A stretch of DNA of 29,764 nucleotides from the IMG/VR virus record IMGVR_UViG_3300021963_000475, positions 1 through 29,764 of that record. One strand, given 5' to 3'. The notes below the pieces were generated by a model. It searched no databases. It saw only the letters and a program-made list of their open reading frames with translations, and had not been told where the DNA came from. The stretch comes from a virus (lineage: Duplodnaviria; Caudoviricetes). The stretch's first letter is position 1; each line of letters starts with the position of its first letter. Both the position numbers and the translations under genes were made by a program. Positions 26,911 through 29,764 of this stretch are shown piece after piece.

Positions 26911-26953
26911 GGGGAGCGCCGGGAATCGAACCCGGCAAGGCCAGCCACTCCCC
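26911..26953 (-). ncRNA. tRNA-like minihelix (acceptor stem plus T arm; no D or anticodon arm)
   Basis: GGGGAGUG-GCUGGCCUUG-CCGGG-UUCGAUU-CCCGG-CGCUCCCC. Canonical T loop, 5-bp T stem, 8-bp acceptor-like stem. Confidence 0.7.
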
Positions 26954-26959
26954 GCGCGC

Positions 26960-27079
26960 CTACCCTATGCGTAGCACCCGGCACGCCTCACGCGCCTGCT
27001 CGCGCTCCTCCGGCGTCAGCACCTCCCCCGCCTTCAGTCGCGCCACGAATGCCGCCACCCGCTTTTCCGCCGGGCTCAT
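26960..27079 (-). CDS. 39-aa hypothetical protein (not in the ORF track)
   Basis: MSPAEKRVAAFVARLKAGEVLTPEEREQAREACRVLRIG*. ATGA overlap with the upstream gene. Confidence 0.6.
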   Translation of the reverse strand: MSPAEKRVAAFVARLKAGEVLTPEEREQAREACRVLRIG

Positions 27080-27396
27080 GCCGCCACCGCCATACGCGCC
27101 GCACGGTGCGCCCACTTCTCCCGGGATCCCTCCCGATACCCGCCACGCTTACCGTGCTGAGACTTGCCAACCGGCCGCGCCTTGCACGCCCACGCAGGCA
27201 CCCGCGCATCCGGCAACACCGTCACCGTGAACACGCGCCCATCGATCACCCGGAACCCCGCACCCGCAGGCACCGGCACGCCATCACGCTGCACGCCCAC
27301 GAACCGGCCACCCGCACCGCGCAGCATCACGCCACCACCAAAGGCGGCCACCCCCGTGGGGGAGATCATGCCGTCACCCCGCTTTGCAACCTTCAT
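27076..27396 (-). CDS. Hypothetical protein, first gene of the leftward operon
   Basis: TACACC..GGAAGGGG leader before ATG 27396. Confidence 0.6.
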   Translation of the reverse strand: MKVAKRGDGMISPTGVAAFGGGVMLRGAGGRFVGVQRDGVPVPAGAGFRVIDGRVFTVTVLPDARVPAWACKARPVGKSQHGKRGGYREGSREKWAHRAARMAVAA

Positions 27397-27402
27397 CCTG
27401 CA

Positions 27403-27476
27403 CCCCTTCCATTCGGTGTAACCACACCATACCACACCCCAACCCCCCCAAACCAAACCCTAACAAAACCCTTACA
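27403..27476 (-). promoter_or_regulatory. Cassette copy E (upstream box inverted)
   Basis: TGG-TATGGT extended -10, TACACC, GGAAGGGG. CTAACA-N5-CTTACA lies on the + strand at 27460-27476. Confidence 0.5.
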
Positions 27477-27989
27477 ACCCCAACCCGCCGAGGTGTTGGG
27501 AGGGTACGCGCGCGCGACGCCCACGCCCGAGCGAGAACCCCACCCAACGCGCCCGACCGTGTACCCATCCTCGGTCAGGTTTTTTTGTGGGTAAGGGGTT
27601 TGTGTAGGCTGCTTCTTGCGTTGGGCGGGTCGGGTATGTTCTGGATGATACTGGTGTGGGGGATATTCTTTGCCCCTCCCTAGCCTTTGGGCTAGCCAAC
27701 GTCCGTTTAGCGTGCTTGTTGTCCCTGCACGATCCGACCTAGCCGTTTCCGGGGTTGTTTGTCTGGCCGTCCGATGGAAGTCCGTGGTGCGGTTGCTTCG
27801 TCGGTGCTCCGGCTAGACGCGGAGGCTGGTGCCTTGACCCTTGAGCGTGGGTGTGGGGCTTGTGTGTAAAGAGTATCATGCTCTTTGTTCAATGATGTGT
27901 GTGCGTTTTGCACATTGTCGTGCTTGTTTGTGTGTTGGTGTTCGACATATCGTGCGAATGATCGTTATTTCGTGTATGGTTCTCGCATT

Positions 27990-28071
27990 GGCGGGATGGC
28001 GGAACTGGTAGACGCAGCAGACTCAAAATCTGCCGCCATGTGGCGTAAGGGTTCGATTCCCTTTCCCGCTA
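27990..28071 (+). tRNA. tRNA-Leu(CAA)
   Basis: Acceptor GGCGGGA/TCCCGCT+A, D loop with TGGTAGAC, anticodon arm GCAGA-CTCAAAA-TCTGC, long variable arm CGCCA/TGGCG, T arm AAGGG-TTCGATT-CCCTT. CCA is not encoded. Confidence 0.93.
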
Positions 28072-28109
28072 TTTGTTCTGTTCTATTAAAAATGCTTTAG
28101 GAGAACAAA

Positions 28110-28424
28110 TTGAAGAAGCAGATGAAGACGTACGGTATGTACGAAGAGGAGTTGCGTCAGTTCAACGAGGCGCAGAAGATTCGTCGTGGTAAGAAAAAGG
28201 ATGGTTACCCCCCATCGTTTTTCGCTGATGCTTTTGAGTACACGCAGCCTCGCCGTAATAGTCGTGGGTGCGGGGACGTGACGATTATCGATCAGAACAC
28301 TGGGGAAACGTCGAAAGTCGCGGCTGATGAGGTCACTACGCGCTTCAAGCACTATCGTGGGCAGGCTGGCGGGCGCTATTCTTTGCGTACGGACCGCATT
28401 GATCTAGCCGAAGAGAGCGCGTAA
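28110..28424 (+). CDS. Hypothetical protein
   Basis: AGGAG RBS, TTG start, TAATG coupling to the next gene. Confidence 0.65.
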   Translation: MKKQMKTYGMYEEELRQFNEAQKIRRGKKKDGYPPSFFADAFEYTQPRRNSRGCGDVTIIDQNTGETSKVAADEVTTRFKHYRGQAGGRYSLRTDRIDLAEESA

Positions 28425-28846
28425 TGGTCACCGAAGAGACAGAAGAGAAGTATTTTGGCGAGGCGGCTAAGCGCAGCATCCTTGAAATGGCCAAGCGCCC
28501 CATTGCGCTACTGACTATTGCTCAGGCGCACGGCATCCCACCGACGACTCTGGCTAATCGCGTCGAAGAAGAAGACGAATTCGGACTCGCCTTCCAGAAG
28601 GAGCGCTCCAACATCCAGTCGAAGATCATGGATCAGGTCATGGAAAAGGGTGATAATGATTGGCGCATGTGGTTTCAGGTCGCTGAGCGCTTGTTTCCTA
28701 GCGGATACGCGAAGGAGAAGGCAAATACGATCAAGATTGAGGCTTCAGCGTTTGATTGGAACCAGTTGGGGCGACTTTCGGAGAAGGATCTTCCGAAGCG
28801 CGAAGTCAAGCACATCGAAGCAGAAAGCGTAGAAGTCGATGGTTGA
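28424..28846 (+). CDS. Putative terminase small subunit
   Basis: N-terminal HTH (IAQAHGIPPTTL), DWR...W..ER.FP..Y motif, upstream of TerL. Confidence 0.65.
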   Translation: MVTEETEEKYFGEAAKRSILEMAKRPIALLTIAQAHGIPPTTLANRVEEEDEFGLAFQKERSNIQSKIMDQVMEKGDNDWRMWFQVAERLFPSGYAKEKANTIKIEASAFDWNQLGRLSEKDLPKREVKHIEAESVEVDG

Positions 28847-28991
28847 GCCATTTGACACCAATCGTGACCCCGGTGACGAGCAGCCTCCCGCTAAGGGCAA
28901 GGATTACTACCTCGTACTAGACGAAAACGGTTGCCTCAGTATTTCCGCCGAAGAGGAAATAAGTAGGAAATACGATGACACGACAGATTGA
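28839..28991 (+). CDS. 50-aa hypothetical protein (not in the ORF track)
   Basis: MVEPFDTNRDPGDEQ..DTTD*. Bridges TerS and TerL and overlaps both. Confidence 0.45.
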   Translation: MVEPFDTNRDPGDEQPPAKGKDYYLVLDENGCLSISAEEEISRKYDDTTD

Positions 28992-29764
28992 CGCGCAAGA
29001 AAAACGCCGAAAGCCCAAAGCCGGGTCGAAAGCACGACTTGTCAACGATCTACCAGAAGACCAGTTCGACCTACGCAAAAAAATTCTTTTAGATCCCGAT
29101 TGGATTTACCCAAATCTTCTCGGAATGCAGCCGTGGAGCAAGCAGTGGGAAGTAATCCGCAGCGTCAGAGACAACAAACGAACAGCAGTTCGATCTTGTC
29201 ACGGCTCCGGAAAGACGGCTGTCGCCGCCGCCGTCGTACTAGAGTTCATGCTACAAGGGCCATGCCGAGTCATCACTACGGCTCCAACGTGGTCGCAGGT
29301 CGAACAGTTGCTCTGGCGAGAGATCGCGCAGCGTCATCGACATATTGACCCCGCCTTCGGAAAACTCTTTAAGACGCAACTTGAAATAGCCCCAGACTGG
29401 TTCGCCATCGGCCTCTCCACTGATACTCCGGAGCGTTTTCAGGGCCACCACGCCCCCAGAATGCTGCTGGTAGTCGATGAGGCGAGTGGTGTAGATGACG
29501 CGATCTACGAAGCCTCCGAAGGATTCCTCACCGCCGAAGGCGCACGCGTTCTCCTTATCGGAAACCCGACCCGTACTGCTGGAACGTTCTACCGAGCGTT
29601 CAAACCAGACTCTGGATGGCATAGGGTACACATTAGCGCATTCGACACGCCCAACTTTACTGGCGAAGAAGTCCACGAAAACGCCGCACGCGCACTCGTC
29701 ACCCCAGAATGGGCCGCAGACGCAGCAACACAGTGGGGAATTGACTCTCCGGCCTACAAGATCC
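28975..29764 (+). CDS. terL: Terminase large subunit, ATPase domain (3'-truncated; missing from the ORF track)
   Basis: Translated by hand: PWSKQ, VRSCHGSGKT (Walker A), TTAPTWSQ, FQGHH, LLVVDEASG (Walker B), IGNPT. Confidence 0.93.
   Translation, partial: MTRQIDAQEKRRKPKAGSKARLVNDLPEDQFDLRKKILLDPDWIYPNLLGMQPWSKQWEVIRSVRDNKRTAVRSCHGSGKTAVAAAVVLEFMLQGPCRVITTAPTWSQVEQLLWREIAQRHRHIDPAFGKLFKTQLEIAPDWFAIGLSTDTPERFQGHHAPRMLLVVDEASGVDDAIYEASEGFLTAEGARVLLIGNPTRTAGTFYRAFKPDSGWHRVHISAFDTPNFTGEEVHENAARALVTPEWAADAATQWGIDSPAYKI

Noticed and set aside
26911-26935. tRNA 3' half as an attP core
   Set aside because: No integrase is present in the window, and the complementary 5' acceptor strand lies only 10 nt from the T arm, which attP remnants do not need. 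Not fully excluded.
27543-27635. Complementary segments CCCAACGC/GCGTTGGG and CCCGACC/GGTCGGG
   Set aside because: They are short, not nested, and expected by chance across the C-rich/G-rich switch.
29251-29676. 141-aa - strand ORF
   Set aside because: It is antisense to the terminase large subunit.

Overview
About 30 kb of a tailed dsDNA phage genome, probably podovirus-like and with an actinobacterial host (inferred from an Rpf-like muralytic gene, a GP88-like gene and GAAGGG(G) ribosome-binding sites). It has three blocks. (1) 1-17.4 kb, + strand: tail, tail-collar and C1q fibre genes, low-complexity putative ejection proteins, a ~2175-aa virion protein carrying an inserted kinase-like plus ADP-ribosyltransferase cassette, an M23 peptidase and a lysis cassette containing a metallophosphoesterase. 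(2) 17.3-27.4 kb, - strand: an early/middle operon (GP88-like, DUF932, Rad52-like SSAP, Cas4-like nuclease, SSB, Rpf-like, RuvC-like) preceded by a repeated promoter/leader cassette. (3) 28 kb to the end, + strand: tRNA-Leu(CAA), a small terminase and a truncated large terminase. The most striking signal is non-coding: intergenic gaps of the early operon hold distinct RNA devices. These are a type I hammerhead ribozyme followed by a kissing-loop four-way junction, a tRNA minihelix (acceptor stem plus T arm only), and a four-way junction with two loops complementary to the phage's own early RBSs. The same 18-nt motif starts 3 nt downstream of both predicted cleavage sites. All structures were read by eye and no database search was run.
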